NCBI GenBank assembly: GCA_977016875.1 | Contig: CDRNST010000382.1 | Location: 1,736,001 to 1,800,000 of the forward strand | Direction: 5' to 3' | Length of the DNA: 64,000 nucleotides | Source: Pavona decussata | Taxonomy: Eukaryota | In this document: piece after piece, positions 41,738-54,902 of the stretch | Layout: every line of letters begins with the position of its first letter | Numbering within the stretch: position 1 is the stretch's first letter | The notes under the pieces: model-generated | The model's input: only the letters and a program-made list of their open reading frames with translations | What the model was told of the DNA's origin: nothing | Databases searched by the model: none | Made by a program: the position numbers and the translations under genes

Positions 41738-42160
41738 CGTGGGTATTTGCTACAAAAATGCATATTTGCTACGAAATGACATTTTTCTAAAATTCGTTGA
41801 TTCGTTAAATTCGTTTATATGAAATAAATTTCAGCTTAACAAGGTTGAGGCAATTCCTGCCACAAAGCGCAAAATCTTCTCTGAAGAAAAGATGCAGTAA
41901 AAGATCAAAAAATGGTTTTTACGGGGCAGAAAAGTTTTTCCTACCCTCGAAAAAATCTGGGACGTTCAGGTCGAGTTTACTTTATACAAAAGAACAGGAT
42001 ATTATCCAAAAAATTTACTTGTCAAAGAACCAAAAATATTTCAGATTGCCGAGGGGTTTGTAGGCAATTGTCCTGATCTAAATGACCTTCGGATTCTGCT
42101 TCAATCAAGATTTTATTTGTAATTTTTGGTTCGTGTACCTAAGAGTCGGTATTTGCTACG
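41738..42160 (+). repeat. Dispersed repeat copy A (TATTTGCTAC-motif family)
   Basis: Collinear conserved blocks shared with 51905-52305: GTGGGTATTTGCTAC, CAAAGCGCAA, AGGTCGAGTTTACTT, AAAAATATTTCAG, TAAATGACCTT, CGTGTACCT..GTATTTGCTACGT. Confidence 0.75.
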
Positions 42161-42343
42161 TTGTTGGGCTATAAGAGGTGACATTGATGTCACAATCATG
42201 GTCTGCATTACATTTTTATAAATGTCGTAAAATGTAAATCGTTATCGAAAGGAATATAACGATGAAATGTTTTTTCAACGCTTGTAACATAATTAAAAAC
42301 GTAGAGAGCAAACAAGTAGCAGATACTGACTCGTAGCTCTAAA

Positions 42344-42349
42344 GAGAGA

Positions 42350-42381
<32 letters not shown>
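42344..42381. repeat. (GA)n microsatellite
   Basis: Directly visible GA run with one GT interruption. Confidence 0.95.
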
Positions 42382-42382
<1 letters not shown>

Positions 42383-44065
42383 TTAGATTGCTCTGCGTAC
42401 TTGCTACTATAAGTGCGTATTTGCTACCGTAGCAAATACTCACACTGCATATTTGCTACCACAAATGCGTATTTGCTACCACGAATGCGTATTTGCTACA
42501 GTAGCAGATAGTCGTACCACAAATGCGTATATGTTTCTATTTCCAAATCTTTATATTAATAATTGTAAGCCTTTTACCTGTTGCCTATTCATTTAAGGCT
42601 CCACGTTTCACTTCGTGTGAAGTGCATTGAGTCCTATCGTGATGTACTTGTGTTTTGTATATCAATAATAAAAGTATAGATACATTTTAACAGAAACCCT
42701 GTCTCTTTTTATTTGAATGTATGCACTAAGAAACTACTTTACACTACTTTATCTGGGAGACGCGTACGCCTAAAGCCCAATGTATCGTGTTATGAGATGT
42801 CACGAGATTGCGCTACGTGTCGTTATGTGAGCCACGTAAGCCGGAAAGACGCACGTGAATCCTTCTGCACGCTGCTTAAAGAGGTTTGTAGTATCTTTTA
42901 TCTTCTATAGTACTTTAATGTGTCTTAATTAACCTACTGCCGCATTGTCTCTGGAGGTTTGCTTTATATATTTTATGTTTGTGATCTGTCATGATCAGAT
43001 GTTTGGATGACAAATTTTACTTTAAAACTTCAACTTTTAGCTACTAAAGACTTGGGACGAATCTCTTGCATTCTGCGATGATATAATCAGTTATTTCTTC
43101 TTGTATTGGCACTATTAGGTGCTTACAGTTCGTAAATATGTTACGTTTAATTGAAAGGTAGTATTGCCATCACAAAGAAAATGTTGAATTTAAAATACAC
43201 GCAGTAGCCCGTTTGTACATATGCGTAATTCTAATAACGGACGTAATCATAGATTTTGCTGTCGCTAGACATTTCTTTACAATATTTAGATCAATTCAGT
43301 TTTAAAATAACCGTTTCTTGATCTCTGCCGTCATTTAGGCCACTATAAAAAGGCAGCGAAAATTTCATGAAATTACGCATTCTTCCACAAACCGGAAAGC
43401 ATGGCCCCAGCAGTCACGCGTGACTAATTATAATGTAACTAGATAGATAAATAGCGCAAATACTAAATAGCACACCTCCTCTTTAAATAGTATAGTTTTC
43501 AAACAGAAATAATTTTTTCAACAATAAGAACTAGGTAATAGCGCTAAGATTTAGAGAAATATTACTTTTCCCATAGATATTTATAATTTGTATAGACAAA
43601 CAAAAAAAATTTATTAAAAGGAGCCACAAAGCGAAACAAAAGACTTGTTCAACTCTTCAACGTACCGCAAGTCGGGAACAGTTGATAACTACAACTTGTG
43701 TTTGTTAGCTCCAAGACGTATTGTTAATAGCCTGTCATTTAACGTTTCTCTTTTTACCATATTTTTCCATTATAGTATGAATGAAATGGACAACGCAGGA
43801 TTTACTTCTTCCCCCGCCGATAATGGCGCGTCAACGTCCACCAATGTAAATCACTCTACGAGGTAAGAGTTTACTTGCATTGCCTTCAGGCCATGTTCAA
43901 GTAGAGGCCGCCTAGTTATCGTGTGATAAGCTTCCTTGATACAGGGAAATTCCAGTAAGGCCTGAGATGTATATGGTGGATTGCCAATGACGGGCGTTGC
44001 ACCAAGATGGCTATAAGTATCTCGTATCGAAAAAGCCCGAGCGGAACAAAGAAAAGAATTGAGTT

Positions 44066-44567
44066 GGTACCTGTTTATATGGTCTCGGGTACCCGAGACA
44101 ACCCTTCCCCCGAGTGACCCTAGGCAAGGTAATTTTTTAGTACAATCTGTGAAAGATTCTACCAACCGTTTATATGATCTGACGCGGGGCGAGACAGGTA
44201 GGGCAGGCAGGTAGGGTAACCCTGGCAAGAGGTACAACTTTTTCTCACACTTTGACACTTAGGCTCGCCTACCCGGAACAATCCACGGCGTGTCGAGAGT
44301 CACGTATTTTCGAAGTTTCAGCTTTTAAAGCACAAATTTACGTTACAAAAGTAGAATGAGCTCAACAAAGCCCACACTAATCGAATGAAAGAAACTCAAA
44401 CGAAGAATGATATCTAGAAATTTGAATACTGAAATGCTTTATGAATAATTAAGTAGTGTTAATTTTAACCCGACTAGGAGGGACAACTTTTTCTCATATA
44501 AACGCTCGATAAAGTTGTCTCGGTAAGGAGGGTTGTCTCAGGTACCCGAGACCATATAAAAATGGCC
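44066..44567. mobile_element. MITE with ~45-bp TIRs
   Basis: TTTATATGGTCTCGGGTACCCGAGACAACCCT (44074) is the near-perfect reverse complement of AGGGTTGTCTCAGGTACCCGAGACCATATAAA (to 44560). Confidence 0.85.
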
Positions 44568-45391
44568 TTATCCTAGCTCCCATGCTGTTCTAACTGATGC
44601 GTAAACCTACTATAAATGTGGTCCATGGTATATGAAATACCTATAACCAATCAAAATTCTGGAATAGCACTGTTGACTACTTTTTAATAGCGTGAAATAA
44701 CGTGAGTGGCCTTTTTTTCAGAATACACAGAGGGGAGAGTGTACACAAAAAATTTCTCTCACAAGTAAAACACTTGATGTATACCACGCAAGGTTTTAAT
44801 TTCAATTTTAATTTCAAAAATTCGCATTAATTTTGTGAAAGAAAAAAAAACATTACTGTACATGGAACTGAATTTTAATAAACTTCGCGTAAATTTTGTT
44901 AAAATGCTTCGTTATATTCCTATGGCAAGGTAACTGATTTGTTACATGTTCAATCATATGACTAGATAACACTAATAAAACTTTTTGAATTAAGGTATAG
45001 CTATAAATGTGTCACCACAACGAGCCAGTTTTAGTGAGGGACTTTTATAAGTCCGAATAAGCTGTACACTTCCTTCAAACTTAATCATTAATGGCAACTC
45101 CACTACGTTTTTGCCTTTTCTTTGAAAACTTGAAAGTAAACATTTTAGAATTGTGTCTAGCAAATGATTATTTACTCTTCTGTCATTATCACGTATATTG
45201 TTACGCCTCGCGCGCCTTGACTATCACCATGTCTTTAACATCGCAAATTATTCTCATTACATGACCCTTTAAAAGAACGTCTCTCACTTCACGAAGAGAC
45301 ACGGACGAACAACAACAACAACAAAAAAATGTTCCACAATACATATATATTTTTAGTTTGTTAACGTTTTAATGTTTTATTTTCGAGCTGC

Positions 45392-48285
45392 ATGCGCTTC
45401 GTGCTCGTTTTTAACACTTTTCTTTTACCCTCATTTTTTCCAATAATTATTAATAGTGTCAATGAAAAGGACCGCAAAGAAGTTCCTTCGACCTCTGCAG
45501 ATAATGGTATTTCACCATCCTCCAATGCCAAGCGCCCCGCGAGGATCTCCAGGATTTGTAAAAAGTGCAAGCGAAGTGTAAAAAATCTTAGTCGCCATCA
45601 GAAAGAAGTGCATGGCATGACAAAAATGCGTCGTAAGCTTGATGGTTATTTCACTGGGGAGAAAAAGGCACCCAATCGGCGAGTAAAATTCTGCCCCCTC
45701 TCACCATGCAAGATGTCCAAGACGCCAATTTTCCAGCTTGATAAACATCTTCAAAGTGGAATTCACAATCTGAAACCAAAGTCCTCAGCATATGTCAAGG
45801 CATTAGCGCAAGCCCCACGAGCGTCACTCTCAAAGGTGAATTCGTACTTGAAAAGGCAAAGAAAACAAAGAGCGCGGACGAATGAACAGGCCACATCAGG
45901 TAAGAAAAACTTTAAAGGAAACCTTAACGAGGAGTATGATGCATGCGATGAAGCTGGCAATTCTAACGAACAAAATATGAAATGCGACCCAGAAGACAAC
46001 GACATGTACAGCGACCAAGATTATGAAGAATTAGGAAGAAGGGCACAGGGCAAAATAAGAAGTAGAGAAGAGAAAACTCGAGAAAAGAAACGTAGTAAAG
46101 AAGACAGTGACGAAGAGTATGACAGGCTTGCACACAAGGCGTGGAAAAAGAATGAAGTTGAAAAAACAAGAGCTAGAGCCAAGAAACAAAATGCAAGAAC
46201 CAGTGACAGTACCAGTGATGACCTTGTCGACAGTGACAAAGAATACAGGAAGCTAGTGACCAAAGGTTTGAATGCAGAATGCAAAGGAGACATAATGGAG
46301 AGCAACCACAAGGAAAGTTTCGATAATGATACAGAGGACAAGTGGGAAGAAGAGATTTACAGCGAAGAAGAGAATGCAAATACTCGTAACAAGAACGAAG
46401 ATTTTGAATGTGTTGAGATCTCTGACAGTGAGGAGAGTCGAAAATTAGATCCTGATTACCTCTGTAGCAAAGAGTCGGATCCAGATACCTCGACACAATC
46501 AATCACATCAATCTCTTCCTCCTCTCTCTCTCAAGAATGCGAGGGACTATTGACTGAGCTAATTGAGGTAATTGGCGAGGACAAAATCAATGAAGGATCA
46601 TTCCTTGATAATGACGAAGAGTGGCGCGAAACGGTAAAATAGTTTAAAAGTAGAAGAATAGCTCAAGGCCATACCTTCGAGAGTCAGCTCGAGTCTGCTG
46701 AGGAACTGGCGCGAGTCAACGAAGATAGCATGTATGAGGCATTTCATGAAGCACTTGATGGAGATGAGAGCGATAACGACGAAGCATTGGACACAAACTG
46801 GGTCCCAAGCGACTGTGAAATCAGTGAAAACAATAACATCAAGACCAAAGGCCAACCTGGAGGCGTTGACCTAAGCACGGGAACACTGCTGAAAGAGTTC
46901 TATGAATGGTTGACGGACGTAGACGGAGGATATCGAAGCGAAAAAATGGCGCAGCAGTACAAATCTCAGGTTTTAAGCGTCATAAAGAGGCTTCAGATGA
47001 ATGAAACGGAAGTCAGACACGACAATCCAAAACCACCCGAGTACCTGCTCTTGCTTCCTGGAAAAGAAGGAGTAACTCTGTTGAAGCAATGGTTGTCATA
47101 TGCTGTTTCCAAGTACCAACCTGGAACTGTGCGCTCATATCTTATGAGTTTGCGTTTATTTTATAAATTTCTGACGCAAGAACGCAAACCCAACATGTCT
47201 GAAGTAAGCGTTGACATGTTAAACGCCCGCCGGGATCTGATGTCTTCCTGGTCATCGGCCCAAAAGAAGAAAGTTCTGAGAAGAAAGCTTCAGAAGCACG
47301 AGGAAGATTTTAAGAAACTGATCACCAGTGAAAATCTCTACCAAATCTGCCATGGTGATCAGCGAATAAATGCAGTAAAACAGCTTAGCAATTCGTCAAA
47401 GGAAACCAGTCAGGGGGCCGAGGTTCAAAGGATAATCAGCGACAAAACTCACTGCGAAGTAAGGGATTGGTTGATGACTCATCTCGTCATCGACAATAGT
47501 GGAAGAAGTGGGGTCATTGCAAACATGACCGTAGCTGAATTCAAGGACGCCGTTTATCACTCGGGTACAGACGAAGACCAGGCTCGTTACAGAATTCTTG
47601 TTAGTAACCACAAAACAGCTGAACAGTATGGTTCTGCGGTTATCTGGGTATATGACGATTTGTACAAAATGATGGACATGTACCTAAGAACTGTACGAAG
47701 CCAGTTCACGGCAGCTACCCCACAGGTTGAACAACTATTCGTTTCAAGCAACGGGATGCCCCTAACATCTTCGCAGGTATCAACGTCGGTATGGCGAACT
47801 TTCCAGAGAGAGGGGATTGTGACAGAGGGAAGAATATCTGCCACAATTATACGGAAGTCTCTTGCTACTGGTATGCATGTCCACATGCCAGATGAAAAGG
47901 ATCATCTTGCTGCCCTAGCCCAGCATAAGACCCTGACACAAGCCAGGTATTATCGTGTCCACGATAAGCTTGTCGAAACTGACCTTGGCCGAAGGGCAGT
48001 GAGCAAACTTGTTGCCCTCAAATCAAGCAACGTTCATCAGCCACAGAATGATCCCAAGGAGACTAAAGCAGTCCCAAAGCCTGGAAGAGGGAGGAAACGG
48101 AACATCTGAAGGAGCTATTTAAACAAGACCTCGAGACAGGCGCTATCGAGGAGGCCAACGTGAAGGAAAAACTAACAACAACAACGCTTCTGGAGGAACG
48201 CCCCTTGAAGGCTGTGGTCTTAAAGCTCTGGAGACTAAGAGAAGAACACATGAAAGGTTGCGAGCCCCCATCTGACATAGACCCT
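45392..48285 (+). pseudogene. Large tyrosine-recombinase gene copy 2, same architecture as copy 1, 3'-truncated
   Basis: ORFs 45392-46642 and 46730-48109 are in the same frame, separated by one TAG. Motifs CKKC..LSRHQKEVH, IDNSGRSGVIANMT, VSNHKT, ISATIIRKS, LAALAQHKTLTQARYY. Frameshift at ~48075; homology to copy 1 ends after EPPSD (~48280). Confidence 0.82.
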
Positions 48286-48559
48286 GACAGCGACAGCAAT
48301 AAATGCTTTTCGATAGCTACCTGACAGCGTCGTTCAGTGATTGCGCAACAGATCGTCTATATGATTAAGGATCACTGAAGTGCACCTTAAAGCCGATTAC
48401 AACAAAATTAACTAACGAGTGTAACTTTTACACTATCGTTAGGCTGGAATAGCCTCTTCTTTTGTTATGACGTTTTTAATAAACGCGAGCATTATTCTGG
48501 ACACAATTTATAATCACTTCGAAAAAGCAAAACTTAACTTCTAGTACGTGTAGTTAACC

Positions 48560-49090
48560 TGTAGTACAGGTTAGTTTTTACATCATCAATTAACATTTTT
48601 ATTAAACAAATTCTTACTGTCAGGCCTTTGTGTCATTTTCAAGGTTTATGTTAAAAAAATCGTTAACCATAGTTAGCTTTTAGTTCATTATGTACTAAAA
48701 ATTTACTTTTAGTATATAGTTAATGTTTAATACGCTTTGTAGATCATTAAACATTTTGATTATATACCTTCTTTATGCCTGACCTTGGTGTCCTTTTCAA
48801 AGATTGTTAAAAAAAATAGTTAATCATAGTTAACTTTTAGTACTTTTTGTACCCAAAATTTACTTATAGTATGTAGTTGATGTTTAGTGCGTTTTTACAT
48901 CATTGAACATTGGGATTATACAAATTCCGGCTGTCTCTGGCCTTGGTGTTCTTTTCGAGGCTCATGTTAGAAAAAGGTTGTTGTTGACCATAGTTAACTT
49001 TAAATACGTTTTAATTTAAGAGTTAACCTTAAGTGCTTAGTTCAAGTGTAGTACGTTTTGTACATCGTTGAACTTTTTGATTATACATAT
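48560..49090. repeat. Degenerate ~158-bp tandem repeat (3+ copies; a further partial copy at ~49360-49475)
   Basis: G(G/A)CCTT(T/G)GTGT recurs at 48623, 48781 and 48939; CATAGTTA(A/G)CTTT and CAT(C)ATT(A/G)AAC blocks recur at a similar period. Confidence 0.8.
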
Positions 49091-51249
49091 ATAATATTTT
49101 CCTATGAAATTTTGATTGTCCAGTCTTGTAAACTGTTTTTGCGACCAGTCCTTACGACAAAATAAAGGTAAACTGATCATTAACCAAAGCAGTCGGTCAC
49201 TGCGACTAGTTCGTTCGTTTAAACACTACATGGGACTTATCTCTGTTGTAGGTCATTAGCTTGACCGTCCCTACGTGTTTTCCGAATTGTGTGTTAAAAA
49301 AGTTGTAGCTAGGCATGGCTTCCTTTTTGTACTCTTTTTTAATCTGAGGTCAGCCTTAAGGACATAGTCAACCATTAATACGTTTTTGAACAGCTATCAC
49401 ACATTTTTATTGTACCCTTCCTGACCGCCTGGCCGTGGGGTCCTTTTTGAAGCTTACGTTATAAAATTATTAACGAATAAAAAACGTTTTACTTGGATAA
49501 TTCTTTATTTCATGATGTTTTACTTCTATCTTGCATCTGCCTGATAGAAGACGTTATGAGCTAGTTTCGAATTACGCTTCACTGATCCTAAACAAAAGAT
49601 CCAAGTCGAGGTTCAGGGGAATTATTTGAATTTTCTTTTTTTTTTTTCCCTCAACCTCGACTTCGCCCCTTTGTTCGGGATCAGTAGAGAGTATTTACAA
49701 GGTAGCCTATTTATCATTATCATTACCCTCTCCTTATTCGCACTGGAACGATTTCTCTGTCTGAGAAGACAGGACTCTACCAGTTACATCAAACATACCA
49801 CTTCCTACTTTATTGTTTTCGGGTATCTATCCATCCATTCACTTTGTGATATACTGATTTAGCGAAAACAGATCGCATTTAAGTATGTACTAAATAGTTA
49901 CAAACGTTTAATTTAATTGGCAGAATTGAAAAATTAAAAAATATCTGGACATTTGATCATTTCTCTATTAACTGGAGCCGTTATCGGGAAAGGAAACTAT
50001 GGTTCTCTACGCGTCCCTTGGACATCAATCATCTCCCCATTTCTGGTATTGCTGATGCTATTGGTAACTGGCATGCTGTAATTCGTGCGTCGCTCTAGGA
50101 GATATTGTCAAATGATATTTAAAGAAAAAATGTTGGTATGTTGGCCTTTGTTGGTGTATTGATCTCTCAACTTACTTTGCAAACTTCCTCCAGGTGAAAT
50201 TTCATAACAATGAATCAGACGAATGTTTTTACACTGAATGATGTACTTTTCTATACTTTTTCTGTCCTTTTCTTCTAAGTGGGTCAAATATTAAGTGCTG
50301 GCCTGAACGCAACTGACAAATTCGATATAATATATAAGTAAAATTAGTAAGTACAAACTAGAACTATACTGAAGTGAATATATGAAATTCGTATGTTTGT
50401 ACTGCGGAGTACACTTACTTCAAATCTCGTTCAAGCCTGAATTATTTTCAGGCAAAATTATCATGTTGCTAATGAGAAGGAATGAGGAAAGGAGGCAGTC
50501 TCTCCTCAAGCAATCGAGCAAGAACCTTACACAGTGTGTCAAACTGGGGGTGAATATGGCATCGCCGCTTAAGCGACGAACGAAAGCAAATCGTTTTGAA
50601 AAAGCACCTCGAAACAAGCTAGTGTCAGTAGTGGTCTTGATCGGCGACGTGTAAACAAAAGGCGTAACGTCATCGAAAGAGCTCTATGCGGTTGCAAAAT
50701 TTATGAACCCTGTCTGTATAAACGCTGCATGAGGTATGCTTTCTCTACCTTAGCCACTTCCGTGTGGTTCAATAGCTTTGTCACCTTTTCATTCACTGGG
50801 TGGTTAAGAGGGACTCCTTTGTATTCTGACCAGTAATATTAAGTTTGTATGATCTCTTACTCAGGGGGTAGATCATGTGATTTATAAGTTCAGTTACAAG
50901 ACACACGGATATTTAAGAATTTAAAAGCATAAAACCACTAAAGAGCATTAAAGCTCATTAAAGGGCATTACTCATCAAAACATCTAAGCTAAAAAAGTAA
51001 CAAAAGACGAAGGAAGACTCAATGAAACAACGCAAGCCTTAAACTTATCTAACAAAAGAGGAAGACTAAAGATTTAACATGAGACTAAAAATAACTATGA
51101 AAGGAAAATGTTTTATTTTTTCTTCGTTTAGGGCGTGTTACTTGTCCGCTCTCTTGTCTAGGACCCCTTTGGATATCACCCTCGCTGCTGAATGGGCCAT
51201 CCTGGCAAAATAAAGATTACCTTACCATTTCTCTTATCTATTCTCTTAA

Positions 51250-51853
51250 GATGATGTCACACGGGACAATTTTTAACGACAATTTTTAGCGGCGATTTTA
51301 AATCCATGTTTCACAAGACAACTTTTAACGCAACATTGTTGCGACAACAGTATGTTACACGGGACGATTTTTAAGGCAACATTGCGCACGCGATCAATAA
51401 CAACGTCAGTATTTCCGCAGAAACTACATTTGAAATACTTTCACTGAATGTTGCTTTATCTTCTCCAATTCTCATGACCTCTCTCAGCTTACATGCCCTC
51501 AGACTTTTTCACACTCCTACTAGCTCGTCTAATGTGAAGTTGAATTCAAAGTGCTCCTTCGGTCTTTTAAAGCGGTTTCTTTTTATTCTTTCGCTGCTTT
51601 CTTCGGCAATTTTAGGGACACGTCCCACAAAATTAGTCTCACCTTGTAGAAAGCGATGAGTTTACACCTATCGTTGTTATCAAGATGTACTTCTGGTATA
51701 AATGTCTCGACCGGAGCGGCCTCACTGTCAACAATCTCCGCCATTTTGTTTATTGACATGAAAAAAGAAAAAATGCTGACGTTGACTGATCACGCGTTGT
51801 GCATTCTGGTACGATGTTGCGTTAAAAGTCGATGGCGAGGGTGTTACATCATC
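51250..51853. mobile_element. Non-autonomous Harbinger derivative retaining a MADF-like gene stub on the minus strand
   Basis: Terminal GATGATGTCACAC vs reverse complement GATGATGTAACAC; TAA on the left flank; minus-strand translation ..CKLIAFYKVRLILWD.. Confidence 0.6.
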
Positions 51854-51904
51854 AATGCATCGCATTTTCTAAAGAAAAATCAACTTTGTCACCAAAAACT
51901 GAAA

Positions 51905-52305
51905 GTGGGTATTTGCTACTAAATGCATATTTGCTACGAAATACATTTTTCTAAATAAATCGTAAAAAGTGCTAAATTGAATTATTCGAAAATGGAAGCA
52001 GTTCTTCTTTCAAAGCGCAAGCCATATGTGGAAAAATTATTTTGTTATAAAGAAAAGAAGGATATTTATGAGGAAAAAAGATTCCAGTACCTTCAAAAAA
52101 ATCTTCAACTTTAAGGTCGAGTTTACTTCATAGCCTCAGACAGGATTTGGTTCAAAAATTGACGTGGGAAAGAACAAAAAATATTTCAGCTCGACGGGGG
52201 CTTTGGTGGAAAATATCTTTTCGTAAATGACCTTTAGAATAATCAAAAATATAAAATTTCTAATTATTTTAGGGTCCGTGTACCTATGACTGAGTATTTG
52301 CTACG
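51905..52305 (+). repeat. Dispersed repeat copy B (TATTTGCTAC-motif family)
   Basis: Collinear blocks shared with 41738-42160. Confidence 0.75.
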
Positions 52306-52423
52306 TCTGTCTGATGAAATTCCCGATATTTTCTTCACAATGCTCGTAATTCTCTTCATTGTAATGTGGCCACGAAAAAGAATGTTTAAATGAGAAGGTC
52401 TATATCCCAGAAACATATCTTAA

Positions 52424-52901
52424 CCCTTTAGCCCCCAAGAGTGCCAATTGGCACATAATTCCATAACTCTTTCAATATTTGACAGATTTCTATGAATTTT
52501 TGACACAGAGATGATCTTGTGAAGATCTACTCATTAAAAGGATAAAATCTTAACCCCCTCCCATATGTGATATGTTGACCACCCCCATAACTTTTCAACT
52601 TTTTTCCCCTAGAAGTTGTGGGTCTTAATATATCTCTCACATTAATGAACGTGTTGAGAACTGCAAAATGAGCTATAGTTTAGAGGTATACCTAATATAC
52701 ACAAGGATTGGGACGTTTTTGAACTTTAAAATTTTTACGTTTTAAGGCCATTTATCTCAAAGCCATAACTTTTCTCATTCATAATTATATCAGTTATAAA
52801 CTACATTCATGAGTAGCTTTAAAATGGTATATCATACATGCATATTGAGTCTGTAGTCTTGGATCCGCAGAAAATGTCGTTTTGCCTTGGGGGTTAAAGG
52901 G
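52424..52901. mobile_element. piggyBac-type MITE (478 bp)
   Basis: TTAA TSD at 52420-23 and 52902-05; 16-bp TIR CCCTTTAGCCCCCAAG / CCCTTTAACCCCCAAG. Confidence 0.9.
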
Positions 52902-54902
52902 TTAAGAGGGAATGTCTACTAACACCGAGCGAGGGGTGGCACATGATAAAAAGTGAAAGTCCGTCACAAATTGACTAAGGATACCCTATGGTAGTTCTAG
53001 TAATGTGATGGTTTTGATTTCTCGGAATTCTTTTTTTAACCCAGAAAAATTGAATAAAATCTGTTCGGGCCCATTAGTGTCTATAAAAGCACCCAAAGTA
53101 GACGTGTCCCATACCTTCTCTCAACTTCGCTCTGTTTAATTCGCATCGATAAAAAACTCATTTTAAGCTTGGAAATGTGCAGTTGAAGTGTTTACGAATC
53201 GTTTGAGGCCAATAATAGATCTCTGCTTTAGTTTTGAGGGTCATGGGGAAGGTACCGAAAGTTACTAAAATTGGCTCAGTCGAAATTCTCAATTTGGCGC
53301 ACTTTTTCAGGAGAGAGTTTCCCTATCCGGTAAAACACCAAATCACTTGAAATTTAGAATTCTTGATTGACGAAATGCCGTTCTAAAACCAGGTTTAAAA
53401 ATCAGTTTCGGGCTTTCTATCAGTGCTGAGAACTAACGCTCTCAAAATCCCGATAATTGCAACATTATCTGTCAAGAACTGTAAGCGATACACATGTTGT
53501 TTCTGTCAAAATCAACTAAGACTTTTGTATTTTTTTTTGTTGTTTCCCTCAATATTACGATGAACCAAACAACAGAAAGCTCATATTTAGCTCACCTTGA
53601 ATAAGATGTCATCTAAGTATCAGTTTCTTGGCTTAGTGTACCACACAAAGCCATCATAGCTCGAAGGGTTGATAATTGATCTCCTTCAGTGACCAATGAC
53701 TTCTGCTATCGCATTCACGTCACTTGGCAAATGCCAATTGAAGGGGCAAAATCCTTTCACGGTGACAAAACCCTGTCGGCTCATAGAAAATATTAACAGA
53801 AATATCTAATTTTAAAGTTCTCCACAGTCATCTCAGAAACTGCCGGACTTTATAATCTTCCGTCTTCGACTGTTTTTGACTGTACTTGTTTCGGTCACGC
53901 AACGGCTTCCTTCGGAGTGATTGGTTTTTCTTACATATGGCCAAAAACGAAAAAAAAAATTCCAAACATCAGGGCGCCTGAAACTAGTTCCTTTAAAGTT
54001 ATTTGAACATGCAAACGTGACTGTTCACGCATTAACGCGGCTTTTGAATTTCTCCGTGAACACTGAGTGATCGATTCAGGTTGTTTATTTCACGACGGTC
54101 ATGGCGTGTGCGTGAATGGTTTATTCAGCAAAGATAATTACTTGAATGATGTTTTAACGAGAGGAAATTGAACAGATACCGGTAGAAGGTGATATAAGAA
54201 AATTTTGAATTAACGAGAACTTTTTCAGTTTCTCAACCAGAATGACGTTCGTTCTTTTCGCATTTGTCGGTTTGCCAACATAAATAGCAGCTATAAACAA
54301 GATAAAAGATATACAGACAGATAAAGAGTTCCGTTAACAGTACCTGATAAAGGGTTGGGTGCATCAATTCTTCGTTAACAAGATCTTTAAAAAAGTTCAG
54401 TTTTCTGTTTAATTGTTAATTTTCTCTGATCTGTAGCACTTGTTTTTTTAAATGTGTTTATTTTAGTTACAATGATCTGTTGTGTTCTTATAAACACCGC
54501 CGTTGTTCTGATTGAAACAATTACCAAATATACAAAATTTCTATATTATAAAACACTTGTAGTTTTTTGTATTTACGCCGTGTTTAAAGAATTTTCTGAT
54601 GATTGCAATCATTCTAACGGCCATTTCGGTCGTGGGTCCGTGCACGTTTCGGCCATTCAATATTTTTGGTTTACTTTTCCTAGATAAAGAACAGAAAACA
54701 GTAAAATCGATACCTTATTTTTTTTTCTTTTCTTAGGTATCTCAAACGATCAAACTGTTTTGGCTTGCAACATATCCTTCTCTACATTTTCATAATTTTG
54801 CACTGTAAACAACTGTTTGAGTTCATGGAAAACGCCCAAATGTCCTAAATTTACTAGAAAATCAAAAGACAATTTCTCCTTTGGCAAATGCAGGAGTCAT
54901 TA

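Noticed and set aside
41738-52305. The two ~400-bp direct repeats as an LTR pair
   Set aside because: They are too diverged (block-wise similarity only) and lack TG..CA ends, PBS/PPT and gag-pol between them.
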